Of a stretch of DNA of 64,000 nucleotides, positions 1 through 9,160 are shown piece after piece. The stretch spans positions 384,001 to 448,000 of the forward strand of contig JAVLKG010000004.1 of assembly GCA_032128875.1 (NCBI GenBank). The letters are read 5' to 3'. The stretch comes from Candidatus Melainabacteria bacterium 17Bon1m (GTDB taxonomy: Bacteria > Cyanobacteriota > Vampirovibrionia > Obscuribacterales > Obscuribacteraceae). The notes beneath the pieces are model-generated. The model worked only from the letters and a program-made list of their open reading frames with translations. It ran no database searches and was not told the DNA's origin. The translations under genes and the position numbers were made by a program. Position 1 is the first letter of the stretch; every line of letters begins with the position of its first letter.

Positions 1-177
1 CCGGCCCGTGTCTATTCGGCAGACGAAATTTTGGATAAGGCATGGAAAACAGATGCAGAGGGATCCAACCAGGCTGTTCGTTCGGCAATCATGCGGCTTC
101 GCTCAAAGATTGTTTCTGATGACGACACGGAAGTGATCATTTCGGTGAAGGGAGTTGGCTATAAGTTTGGTCCGTAA
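1..177 (+). CDS. OmpR/PhoB-family response regulator, C-terminal winged-helix (5' truncated by window)
   Basis: Frame 1 reads PARVYSADEILDKAW...NQAVRSAIMRLRSKI...IISVKGVGYKFGP*, typical trans_reg_C; not in ORF track. Confidence 0.9.
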   Translation, partial: PARVYSADEILDKAWKTDAEGSNQAVRSAIMRLRSKIVSDDDTEVIISVKGVGYKFGP

Positions 178-1222
178 ACTTCCATATTCTCTTGCACTCT
201 TAGTCTTTGTTGCGCAGGCGCAGTGGCTTGTATTTCACGCACAAACTCGACCCGACGAATCGAATGCTGGAACAACAAAATCGCAAATTCGGTCAACAGA
301 ATTGCAGCCTCGATCAACTGAATCGCAGACTCACTCTGCGGAATTGCGCGCCCAGAATAATGCGCAACACATAAAAAATACTTTGACAGTTAAGGCTGTA
401 CCTGGCGGATTTGACTTCATTTTTGGGACTAAACTTGATTTGGGTGTTCTGCAAGTATTCAATTTGCAGGATAAACTCGTCGGGCGCCCTTTGAGTTTGA
501 ATCGTCCACAGTCTGTGTTTGTCAAAAGTGGTTATCGAGCTACGCTGGTAATTGGCGAAGATTTGAAGAAGAATCCGAGCTTGTTGAAACTCTTTCCTGC
601 AAATGTAGTTAGTGGACTCGATCTGAATGGTATTGAGTCACCAACCCGAACAAATGCGAGAGAAATTCTTCGTCATGCGGGGCAGTTTAAAAATCTGAGA
701 AAACTATACCTCTGGGGGTGTGATATCACGGACAGTGATATTGACCTCATTTCGCGCTACGACAAACTTGATACGCTAGCGATTTCTTATACGAAGCTGA
801 CCGGTAAGACAGTGTGCAATCTCTCATCGTTGCCTCGCTGGAAGTATTTGGACGCAAAGCGAATAGACGACATTGGCTTAGTGATTGATAAATTGCCTCA
901 GGCAAAAAGCATCGCCGACCTGCGTGTCTCCAGTAAAGAACTCACAGAGAAAAACTTTGAAAGCATTTCGAAGCTGTCTAACATTCAGTTCTTGGAAATC
1001 AGCAAAGCTCCAATGAGTGAGAGCACCGTAAAACTTCTTGCCAAGCTCAATAAGCTGCGATATCTAGTGATTCGCTACTGTCATTTTGATGGCAAAAGTA
1101 TTGAAGGGCTCGCAAAACTGAAAGCTTTGAAAGTACTTTTTATCAGCAGGGATATGGTCTATAGTTATCCATTCCTTGGCCGTAGTCATGGGAAAAGCAG
1201 AAGCTGGACGTTGAGCTTTTAG
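155..1222 (+). CDS. Leucine-rich-repeat protein with N-terminal signal/TM segment
   Basis: Repeated LxxLxL motifs (NLRKLYLWGCDITD, LDTLAISYTKLT, KLRYLVIRYC); start may be TTG 167. Confidence 0.75.
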   Translation: MAISLVRKLPYSLALLVFVAQAQWLVFHAQTRPDESNAGTTKSQIRSTELQPRSTESQTHSAELRAQNNAQHIKNTLTVKAVPGGFDFIFGTKLDLGVLQVFNLQDKLVGRPLSLNRPQSVFVKSGYRATLVIGEDLKKNPSLLKLFPANVVSGLDLNGIESPTRTNAREILRHAGQFKNLRKLYLWGCDITDSDIDLISRYDKLDTLAISYTKLTGKTVCNLSSLPRWKYLDAKRIDDIGLVIDKLPQAKSIADLRVSSKELTEKNFESISKLSNIQFLEISKAPMSESTVKLLAKLNKLRYLVIRYCHFDGKSIEGLAKLKALKVLFISRDMVYSYPFLGRSHGKSRSWTLSF

Positions 1223-1227
1223 GAGTC

Positions 1228-3096
1228 ATGGCCCTTAGTTCGAAATTCAAATTGACTTTGATGCATAAGCTGGGGCTTTTGGTCTCGATTCCGCTTGTCG
1301 TCAATTTCATTTTGTATATGGATATGCAAAAGCGAATTAACTCGCTTGAGTTGTTGATTGATCAGCTCGCAGAGCGTCGTGACATGATGGTGCGCGCCAA
1401 CAACATCATTACAAATCAATATTTCGCAATTCAGTCATTGATGCAATTTAAGATGTTCGGCATTCAAAAGGAACGTCAGAACTGTTTGCGATTCATCAAA
1501 GCGATGGATGCAAATGTTCAGCCTTTGAGCGAAATGTTGACCAGTTCGTTGGGGAATCCGCAACTTGCCAAACGCCTATTGGCTTATCACGAGCAATGGC
1601 AAATTGCGTTGAAAGAATCACAGTTTGCAATGGATGAACAAAACCAAATCGCATCTTTCTTTGATGATCTCGAACGCAATCAACGATTGAAGCGCACAAT
1701 GATTGGTTACCTAAACACGCTCTACGATGTTTCTAGTGAAGCCCGAACTGCTGTCGAAAAGAGCACCGCCGAAGAAGGGCGTTCGAAAGAGCAATTGCAA
1801 AATCTGTACAGACTGGGTTTGATCATAAACAGCCTGTCTGTGCTTGCGCTGGCGCTTATCATCGGTTATTTCATGGTTCGCAAAGTTCAAATCTTGGGAG
1901 AGAATTTCGAGCGTTTTGCAAATGATAAACCTCTTTTGCCACCATTGCGGGCACAGGATGAATTGACAGAGCTTGATAAACGCTTTCGTCAAATGGCAAA
2001 TAGCATCGAGAATTTCAAGTCAATGCAGTCCGAAATGCTTCAAACTATTGCCTCATCCCGTGACGAACTCCAAACTGTTATTGATACTCTGCCGTCTGCT
2101 TTGTTCATTACTGATGAAAGCGGCAAGGTAGAGTCTATCAATAAGTTTGCAGAGCAACTCTTGGGCATCGACCTGGACTACTTTGATGAAGCTGGCTTGG
2201 TGAAAGCATTCAAGATAAAGAAAGAAATGAAAGCCAATTTTATGCAGATGCTCTTGCGTGATGCTGCCGAAAGTCCTATTGAGATGGAGGCATTAACCTC
2301 CGATCGAGAGATTGTTCCCGTCCGGGTTTCAATCACACCCTTTCATTTTGAATCGAGTGGACAGAAAAAGTATTTGACTGCAGTAGTTGATGAGACTGAA
2401 GCGTTCAAACTGCGTCAAGCGAAGTCCGACTTCTTTTCTATGATCAGTCATGACATGCGCACGCCCCTCACGACCATCAATGGTTTATTGCAAATGGCGC
2501 TGGTTGACGCTTTCGGCGAAATTCCCGAGTTGGCAAAGTCTAAGTTTCGACTCTCGCTTAGCAGTTCTTCTCTATTGCTGGATCTGATCAATCGATTGTT
2601 GCGCGTTGAAAAGCTTGGAGGGGGAAATATAGAGCTCTATCTTGAAAGCGCTGACATTGCAGATATCGTGCATGAAGTTGAGAAGGTTGTTTTACCTCAA
2701 CTGGAAGCTCGCCAATTAAGACTAACTGTCGATGCGCAGTCGTGCGTCACTAAAATGGATAAATCGTATGTTCTTGAAGTGATTATGAATTTGGTCACTA
2801 ATGCGATGAAGTACTCTCCCGATGGTGGGCAGATAAGAGTCCGCTCGACGGTAGAGGACGGAAAAGAGATTTTGATCGAAGTCGAAGACGAAGGACCTGG
2901 TGTGCCTTCTTCCAAGAGACAAGTGATTTTCGAGCGCTTCAAGCAAGCAGACAAGGATAGAGATCGCAAGATTGGTTTTGGACTCGGGTTGGCGATCTGC
3001 AAATCTATCGTGACTCAACATGGCGGCACAATAGGTGTGGCCGATGCAGACAATGGCGGCTCTCGCTTCTGGGTTCGACTACCGATTTTGACCTAG
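1228..3096 (+). CDS. Sensor histidine kinase (2 TM, HAMP, PAS, HisKA, HATPase)
   Basis: H-box SHDMRTPL, N-box NLVTNAMKY, DEGPG, GFGLGLAI. Confidence 0.95.
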   Translation: MALSSKFKLTLMHKLGLLVSIPLVVNFILYMDMQKRINSLELLIDQLAERRDMMVRANNIITNQYFAIQSLMQFKMFGIQKERQNCLRFIKAMDANVQPLSEMLTSSLGNPQLAKRLLAYHEQWQIALKESQFAMDEQNQIASFFDDLERNQRLKRTMIGYLNTLYDVSSEARTAVEKSTAEEGRSKEQLQNLYRLGLIINSLSVLALALIIGYFMVRKVQILGENFERFANDKPLLPPLRAQDELTELDKRFRQMANSIENFKSMQSEMLQTIASSRDELQTVIDTLPSALFITDESGKVESINKFAEQLLGIDLDYFDEAGLVKAFKIKKEMKANFMQMLLRDAAESPIEMEALTSDREIVPVRVSITPFHFESSGQKKYLTAVVDETEAFKLRQAKSDFFSMISHDMRTPLTTINGLLQMALVDAFGEIPELAKSKFRLSLSSSSLLLDLINRLLRVEKLGGGNIELYLESADIADIVHEVEKVVLPQLEARQLRLTVDAQSCVTKMDKSYVLEVIMNLVTNAMKYSPDGGQIRVRSTVEDGKEILIEVEDEGPGVPSSKRQVIFERFKQADKDRDRKIGFGLGLAICKSIVTQHGGTIGVADADNGGSRFWVRLPILT

Positions 3097-3149
3097 ACTC
3101 GCTTGGTAATTGGCTCCCAAGTTGGAACGATTTTGTTATGTAGCCCAGG

Positions 3150-3264
3150 CATTATGCCCTTGTCCCCAGCGGACAGCCTTCATCCTCCCATCCTCATTTA
3201 ACGGGAACCAGCAACAAGCCCGGCCAGTCAACCCGCCTTCCATGAGGGCGGGTTGGCTGTTTTC
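3150..3264 (+). ncRNA. Candidate sRNA 1 (C-rich, intrinsic terminator)
   Basis: Follows motif GTTGGAAC-N5-TGTTATGT; 5' hairpin TGTCC/GGACA, CATCCTCCCATCCTC tract, terminator CAGTCAACCCGCC/GGCGGGTTGGCTG+TTTT. Confidence 0.4.
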
Positions 3265-3349
3265 ATGCATAAAGACAACTTTCTGGGGAACCACAGCACA
3301 GAAAAGTTGCTGCCAAATATGTTGGAACAGTAATGTTATGTTGAGACTC

Positions 3350-3453
3350 CATTGTGTAACAGCTCCCCCTGTTACCTGACGAGGAAAAAGCCAACGCTGC
3401 CTTTCGCCCAAGCGATGACCATCCCAATTGCCGTGGGGTGGTCATCTGTTTGT
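3350..3453 (+). ncRNA. Candidate sRNA 2
   Basis: Same upstream motif exactly 200 nt later; hairpin GTAACAG-CTCCCC-CTGTTAC; terminator-like GATGACCATCCCA/TGGGGTGGTCATC+TGTTTG. Confidence 0.4.
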
Positions 3454-3485
3454 AGACTCTTCAACCACGCGCACGAAAACGGGTG

Positions 3486-4358
3486 CTAGCCGTTCTTCAA
3501 TCTGATTGCGAGTACCGGGCTTATTACGCCGGCAAGCATGATCGCAAGGTTTATCCAAATCCAGCCTTGAGTCATCCATGCATCATCGTCGCCGTATTTT
3601 CTCACACGTTCATCAGGATCCATTCCGAAATACCCAATATCATGACCGTTGTGGGTGTACATCCAATCGTCAATTTTGTCGACGTTGGTAGAAACTTCCG
3701 AGCCTTCTTTTAGATTGGAAAGTTTTTTCGGCTCTGAGGTGAGCAGCCCTTTAATGTCACTTCCGTCGATTTTTGTGACTTTGAACCAAATGTGTTCTAC
3801 AGCACCGCTGTCTTCAAATGGGGCTTGAACAGCGAAGGTGTCTTGGGGTGCTTTATCGCGGAATGCTTGTTCGAACGTACTAAATCGATGTCTTGCGATT
3901 GCGGGGGCTTGCTCAATAATACTTTGCTTATCGACTTTGACCCCCATAAAGCTGCTGTTTGACGGATGTCCCAACATTTCTCCTTGCGCGGGACTCAGCA
4001 GTGCACCTGCAACTACGCCTACTATCATTGTTGCCAGTACTCTTTTTCCGAGTTTGTAACTTGCGAGTTTGTGCAAACCTTTACCCAACAGGCAGCCTAA
4101 GAAATAGACGAGAAGCCAGATGTAAAAGCCGCCTTGGAAAAATTGGTAAAAACATCCGAAAGCAAACCCGACACCAACTGCGCCAGCCGCTGTACGCAGC
4201 ATGATTGGCATCGGTAATTTGGTTAGATGACTGGTGAATCGACCGGAGCATTTACGGCATCGATTGCCGACAGGACATTGCTCCATGCAGGAGGGACATA
4301 TTTGCGCCTGGCAATCAATGCAACTAAGCGCGCTATCTCCGCAACTGTGGGTTTTCAT
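3486..4358 (-). CDS. B-box-type zinc finger membrane protein with DUF2314/YegJ-like domain
   Basis: CxxC...CxxC...CxxC N-terminus, TM helices, EHIW...G...EP...IDDWMY motif. Confidence 0.7.
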   Translation of the reverse strand: MKTHSCGDSALSCIDCQAQICPSCMEQCPVGNRCRKCSGRFTSHLTKLPMPIMLRTAAGAVGVGFAFGCFYQFFQGGFYIWLLVYFLGCLLGKGLHKLASYKLGKRVLATMIVGVVAGALLSPAQGEMLGHPSNSSFMGVKVDKQSIIEQAPAIARHRFSTFEQAFRDKAPQDTFAVQAPFEDSGAVEHIWFKVTKIDGSDIKGLLTSEPKKLSNLKEGSEVSTNVDKIDDWMYTHNGHDIGYFGMDPDERVRKYGDDDAWMTQGWIWINLAIMLAGVISPVLAIRLKNG

Positions 4359-4699
4359 CGCAATCAATCCATAGTGACTGTGTCCAATTTGAGATTCCGT
4401 GTTTATGTATATTCCCGAGTTCGGAAAAAAGATGCAACTCTCAGCCTGTTAGAGTTTTCGGACTTTGAGCTGGTTGGTGTTCGAGCAGAAACCGATGCGG
4501 TGCGGGTGGAAAAGTTCAGCGCTTTAGAGTGGCGGAAAAGCGACCAAATGGGGAAACTACGAAGCATTTGCCGACGTATTGGCGCAAATTGTCACGGGAT
4601 TATAACTACCGTTTGCCTAACCTCGATTTACGCCAAGCGATTCCCCCCGATGGCGTCTCTCTGAAATTCAATAGCTTCTTCCATGTTGGAGGTTACCCC

Positions 4700-6673
4700 A
4701 TGGCTTGTGATGCATCCTCGAGTAATTTGGTGTCGAGTTTGGAAAAGTGGAACGCGGCAAAAACGGCCGGCAGCGGTGATACCACATCCATGGAAAAAGA
4801 GATCGCGCAACAACTCCAAAATGAATATTCGACGTTGTCTTCACAAGCCATGAACAGCGATCCAAATCGAATAAGCGACATGCGAGAGAAGATAAATGCG
4901 GAGTTGGCACAAAAAGAGGCGGCTTGTAATATGCCGCATATGGAACTTGTTGAAACGAATGGTGGATTGCGAGTTGTCACCGCTGGCGGCAAAGATGGTT
5001 TCAATGTCAAAATTGATGAAAATCAGGTTGAGCAAGCAACAGTTTCGTTATCATCTAAAACTTTTACAGATGGTGCTGTAGCAGGTGCTGTGAGTGCAGT
5101 TAGCTCCGCGGATAAGGCATCTACTGGTGACAAGGCAGCAAGTACTCAACCCTGTGACAAATCCGCAGCAGTGTTGGACGCAAGCCGGCCTCCGGTTGTT
5201 CACAAACCTGTAGCGAAGTATGTTCCTGGAGACAGACCAATCGCCGGAGGAGATAAGCTTTCACCGAGTGATATAGACGCGAAAATGGAACGCGATTATC
5301 ACAATAATATGGTCTACAAATTTAAAGACGGTTCTTCAGTTAAGTTCGATCAAGCTCAACCTCCAAGAGTTGCAGAACTGATGAACGCTCGTGGTGAGCG
5401 AATTTCGCTTACTTATCGAGGTGAATCAAAAGCACCAATTAGTTTTGTTATGACCGATAAAAACGGTGCGGTGATTGAGTCTGGTTTTAAAGGGACGCGT
5501 GATCGTGAATGGAATATCGACACTTCCCATTCCGGCTGGAAGGTTAAAGATGCTTTCCGGGGAGCGCGCATAACCGACATTGGTATCAGCGATGATTTGC
5601 AATTAGTTATGAAAGACAAGAATGGGAATTTTCTGGAGCACCGCAGAGATGGTGATGTTCTCAAAAGAGATTTTCGTGGACGCATAACAAGCGAAGTCAC
5701 CATAGTCGGTCGAACTACTGACTTCACCTACAGTGGCAAAGATAGCAATCCATCCTCCTATACGATTACTGATGGTGGTGGTGCGATTATTGAACATGGT
5801 GAGCGTAAGAATCACTCTTGGAACACTTTTAAGCCAAAGCAGGGGGTTACAACCCTGGATCCTGGCAGTCTGAATAATCCAGATAACTTGGTTCGTAATC
5901 CTGCGGATAAAGTTGCGTCCATACAAATGAATCATCGCACTGGAAATGCTGTCATGATGCATGCGAATGGGGACCGCACATGGCGGCCTGGTGATGACGA
6001 GAGGTTGTGGAGGAAGACCATCGGCGGTGCCGAAACGATTACGCATCCAAACGATAATGGAAAGCCAGAGATGCAACATTTTGTCAGTACCGATGGTGTG
6101 AAAACCAGATATGAGTATGACAAGAATGGTCAAGTCTTGAAAATGACACAGCACCATCCAAATGGTGAGGTAAATAAACTAAGTCGCAGAGATGTTTCGC
6201 AAGACTTCGTCGACGAGCATGGAAAGCGTCAAAAAATTGAAGCCTCGCACCTTGCTGATGGTTCTGTTCGCATAAATTATCTAGAGAGGAATTTGCAAGT
6301 CGTGCAGCGTCCAGATGGTAGCGAAGTCCATGAATTTATGGCTAAAGATGGGCGCAGGCGTGTGCACAGCACAGTTGATACGAAAGGCACTGCTACCGAA
6401 TTTGTATATAACACCACCACTGGTGAACCGATACGTTTAGAGATCACAGACGCTAAAGGAAATCACGATGTTTGGACAATCGAGTCGCCAATCAAGACTG
6501 GCATCGATAATCCGGTGTGGAAGAATCAGGATGGTACAAAGAGCTTCGAAGGCACAGTTTCGGTCGAAAAAGATGGTTCTGTGAAGTATACAGGTCGAGA
6601 TGGGCGCGTAACATTGAAAACTCTACGTGGTGTCACGCTTGATGTCACGCCCAGTCCAACTATCTTGCAGTAA
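4700..6673 (+). CDS. Hypothetical protein with YD/RHS-like beta-hairpin repeats
   Basis: GGAGG before ATG 4700; repeats such as GRTTDFTYSG, GVKTRYEYDKNGQV, GTATEFVYNTTTGEP. Confidence 0.7.
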   Translation: MACDASSSNLVSSLEKWNAAKTAGSGDTTSMEKEIAQQLQNEYSTLSSQAMNSDPNRISDMREKINAELAQKEAACNMPHMELVETNGGLRVVTAGGKDGFNVKIDENQVEQATVSLSSKTFTDGAVAGAVSAVSSADKASTGDKAASTQPCDKSAAVLDASRPPVVHKPVAKYVPGDRPIAGGDKLSPSDIDAKMERDYHNNMVYKFKDGSSVKFDQAQPPRVAELMNARGERISLTYRGESKAPISFVMTDKNGAVIESGFKGTRDREWNIDTSHSGWKVKDAFRGARITDIGISDDLQLVMKDKNGNFLEHRRDGDVLKRDFRGRITSEVTIVGRTTDFTYSGKDSNPSSYTITDGGGAIIEHGERKNHSWNTFKPKQGVTTLDPGSLNNPDNLVRNPADKVASIQMNHRTGNAVMMHANGDRTWRPGDDERLWRKTIGGAETITHPNDNGKPEMQHFVSTDGVKTRYEYDKNGQVLKMTQHHPNGEVNKLSRRDVSQDFVDEHGKRQKIEASHLADGSVRINYLERNLQVVQRPDGSEVHEFMAKDGRRRVHSTVDTKGTATEFVYNTTTGEPIRLEITDAKGNHDVWTIESPIKTGIDNPVWKNQDGTKSFEGTVSVEKDGSVKYTGRDGRVTLKTLRGVTLDVTPSPTILQ

Positions 6674-6862
6674 CGCCATATCAAATGGTCGGACAATAAA
6701 AAGAGAAAGGGTGGATTGCGCTTTGGACAATCCACTCCTTTTGGTTCTCGTCGAAAAAGCAGCGGTGGCAAGAGACAGAGGTATGAAAAGTCCGAACGAG
6801 GGAACCACCGCTTGCGATATGCTATCGCCTCGTTCTTTCCTTTCTCTTTCCATATCAACGAA

Positions 6863-8245
6863 TTAGGAAACTTTTGCTTCGAAGTTTGGGAAAGTAATTC
6901 TCACCAGAGTTCCTTTGGTTTCGCTCGGATCAAGCAATTCCACTTTCGCCTTGTGCGAATTGGCTATTTCCTGAACAATAGCTAATCCCAGACCGGTGCC
7001 ATTTACCTTGGTGCCAAGTACGCGATAAAAACGTTCAAAGACCCTCTTTCGTTCTTGAACAGGAATACCAGGCCCGGTATCTTGAACTGTCACCACGGGC
7101 GGTGGACCAGCCTTTACGGTCACATTTACGATACCGCCGTCCGGTGTATAACTGACAGCGTTATTAACTAAATTACTAAGCATTTCGCGTAGTTCGGCCT
7201 TGTCGCCGAGCACTAAGCTGCGCGTCGATGAAGGATGGAAGAATAGTTCGATCTTCTTGTTTGCTGCCTGCCTGATGAGATCCGATGTAACCTCAGAGGA
7301 GAGATCATTGAGTTCGACTAAGTCGTGCGGTTGAGCGCGGCGTTCTGAAGCTCTTGCCAAAATCAGTAATCCGCCGACGAGTTCCGCAATTCTGTCGGTC
7401 CCAGCATCTATTTGATTCAGCACATCTGAAAAATTGCCATTCGCAATGCGTCGACCATATTCAATGTAAGCTCGAAGCCCAGCGACCGGGGTCCTCAGTT
7501 GATGTGCGGCGTTAGCAACAAAGCGCTTCTGCTCTTCCATGTGATTATCGATTCTGCCAAAAAGAGAGTTGATTGACTCAACAATAGGAACAATTTCTTT
7601 GGGAGTGTTTTCATTCTCAATCGGAGTGAGATCGGATTGAGATCTTTGCTGAATTTCTTTACTCAGCTCTATTAGGGGTCTCAGCCCATCTTTTACACCG
7701 TAGCTTACTGCCGCCACGCTTAGTAAGCCTAGGATTATTTGCGGAACAACAATGCTAAGGAAGATTTTGTGAATTAACTCATTCCTTGCGTTTAGAGTGC
7801 GAGCAACTTGAACAACAACAAGTTTTTTAGGATCTTGCCTCAAAGGCATTCTAATTCTCGCAATTCTTACATCGTGTCCATTCACGACAGAATTTCTGAA
7901 TGCAGGTATGTCGGTGTTTACTTCCTTGATAGGCATTGGAAGAATTGCGTCTCCCGCCAATCTGACCTTTTCCAAGCTTAGTACTTGATAGAAGAAATCG
8001 TCTCTGTCTTTGTGGCGTAATACTGCTTGCACCGCGTCTGGTAAGTCAGCGACTATGCCCTTCCGGTCTTCTGTCAATCGAGCGGCGACTGCGTGCGCTG
8101 CGTTTAATAGCTCTTTGTCGTATGAATCATTGGCAAACCATGCTGCCAAATTGTAAGCAACAAATCCTGTCAGAACGAACATGACGCAAAGCGGTACCAA
8201 TAGTACCGTTAGAAGTTTGCGGGTAATTGAATTTTTGATGTTCAA
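6863..8245 (-). CDS. TctE/QseC-like sensor histidine kinase
   Basis: AAHQLRTP, NLVNNAVSY, DTGPGI, GTGLGLAI; 2CSK_N-like N-terminus. Confidence 0.95.
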   Translation of the reverse strand: MNIKNSITRKLLTVLLVPLCVMFVLTGFVAYNLAAWFANDSYDKELLNAAHAVAARLTEDRKGIVADLPDAVQAVLRHKDRDDFFYQVLSLEKVRLAGDAILPMPIKEVNTDIPAFRNSVVNGHDVRIARIRMPLRQDPKKLVVVQVARTLNARNELIHKIFLSIVVPQIILGLLSVAAVSYGVKDGLRPLIELSKEIQQRSQSDLTPIENENTPKEIVPIVESINSLFGRIDNHMEEQKRFVANAAHQLRTPVAGLRAYIEYGRRIANGNFSDVLNQIDAGTDRIAELVGGLLILARASERRAQPHDLVELNDLSSEVTSDLIRQAANKKIELFFHPSSTRSLVLGDKAELREMLSNLVNNAVSYTPDGGIVNVTVKAGPPPVVTVQDTGPGIPVQERKRVFERFYRVLGTKVNGTGLGLAIVQEIANSHKAKVELLDPSETKGTLVRITFPNFEAKVS

Positions 8246-8898
8246 GTGACTGTATATCCAAGATTTCGAATTGTCTTGATCGAGATACCTGATTTCTTCA
8301 ATTTCTTTCTAAGTCGGTGCACTGCAATATCGAGCGCATTGTTTGTAATCTCTTTATCCCAACTGCTCAGTTGTTCCATCAATTGTTCTTTGTGAATAAG
8401 TAAATTGCGCTGACGAACAAGAACTTCAAGTACTGCCAATTCTCGTTTGGTTAGAGTTACTAATTCATCATTTATATGCGCGGTTCGTTTTACCGTATTG
8501 AAGTGCAGGTTCTTGATCGTGACAATTTCCTGATTGCCCCAGCCTAAGCGAATCAGCGCTCGAACTCTGGCTTCTAGTTCGTTCATGTCAAAAGGTTTTG
8601 TAAGGTAGTCGTTTGCGCCAGCATCTAATCCGAGCACTCGGTCTTTTACTTGATCACGTGCACTCAGAATAAGTACAGGAACATTATTCTTTTTGCCTCT
8701 CATCTTCTTAAGCACGTCGATACCGTCGATGCCTGGCAAGCAGAGATCTAGAACCACGAGATCGTAATGGGTTGTTGAAAGTGAAATATCTGCGGCAATT
8801 CCATCTTCGGCATGATCGACCATATAGCCGCTGTCTTTGAGAACAAGCGACAGACCGTTAGCCAGGAAGTTATCGTCTTCTACCAGCAAGATTCGCAT
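8242..8898 (-). CDS. TctD/QseB-like OmpR-family response regulator
   Basis: MRILLVEDD, LDLCLPGIDG, DYLTKPF, wHTH; 4-bp overlap with kinase. Confidence 0.95.
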   Translation of the reverse strand: MRILLVEDDNFLANGLSLVLKDSGYMVDHAEDGIAADISLSTTHYDLVVLDLCLPGIDGIDVLKKMRGKKNNVPVLILSARDQVKDRVLGLDAGANDYLTKPFDMNELEARVRALIRLGWGNQEIVTIKNLHFNTVKRTAHINDELVTLTKRELAVLEVLVRQRNLLIHKEQLMEQLSSWDKEITNNALDIAVHRLRKKLKKSGISIKTIRNLGYTVT

Positions 8899-9160
8899 GT
8901 GATTATGCCTCCATATCCTATTTTACGTTCTTTTTGTCCAAATAGAATTTTGGAAAGACATGGGAAAGATACAGCCAGTCCAGATCTTGCGCCCAAGAAA
9001 TTTCATCTGGAAAGCATAAAAATTGAGCAGTTAAGCCGATTTTTGGCTCATTTTGAAACGTTTACGAAAATTTCGGACTATAGACTAAAAATAGGTTTGT
9101 CCGCAATGCAAACGCGCCTACTGTGCGCGTTTTACCGATATTGCGGGATGCGAGGTCTAA

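Noticed and set aside
3121-3356. CRISPR repeats or sigma-54 promoters (GTTGGAAC...)
   Set aside because: Only two block-conserved copies 200 nt apart and no cas genes; the spacing is GG-N9-GT rather than GG-N10-GC
3376-3415. Hammerhead core CTGACGA
   Set aside because: No stem II closed by GAAA and no matching stem III
4545-4640. c-di-GMP-II-like GGAAAC and long hairpin upstream of 4700
   Set aside because: Lacks the GGGCAC/GTGCAACC pseudoknot; only a loose hairpin
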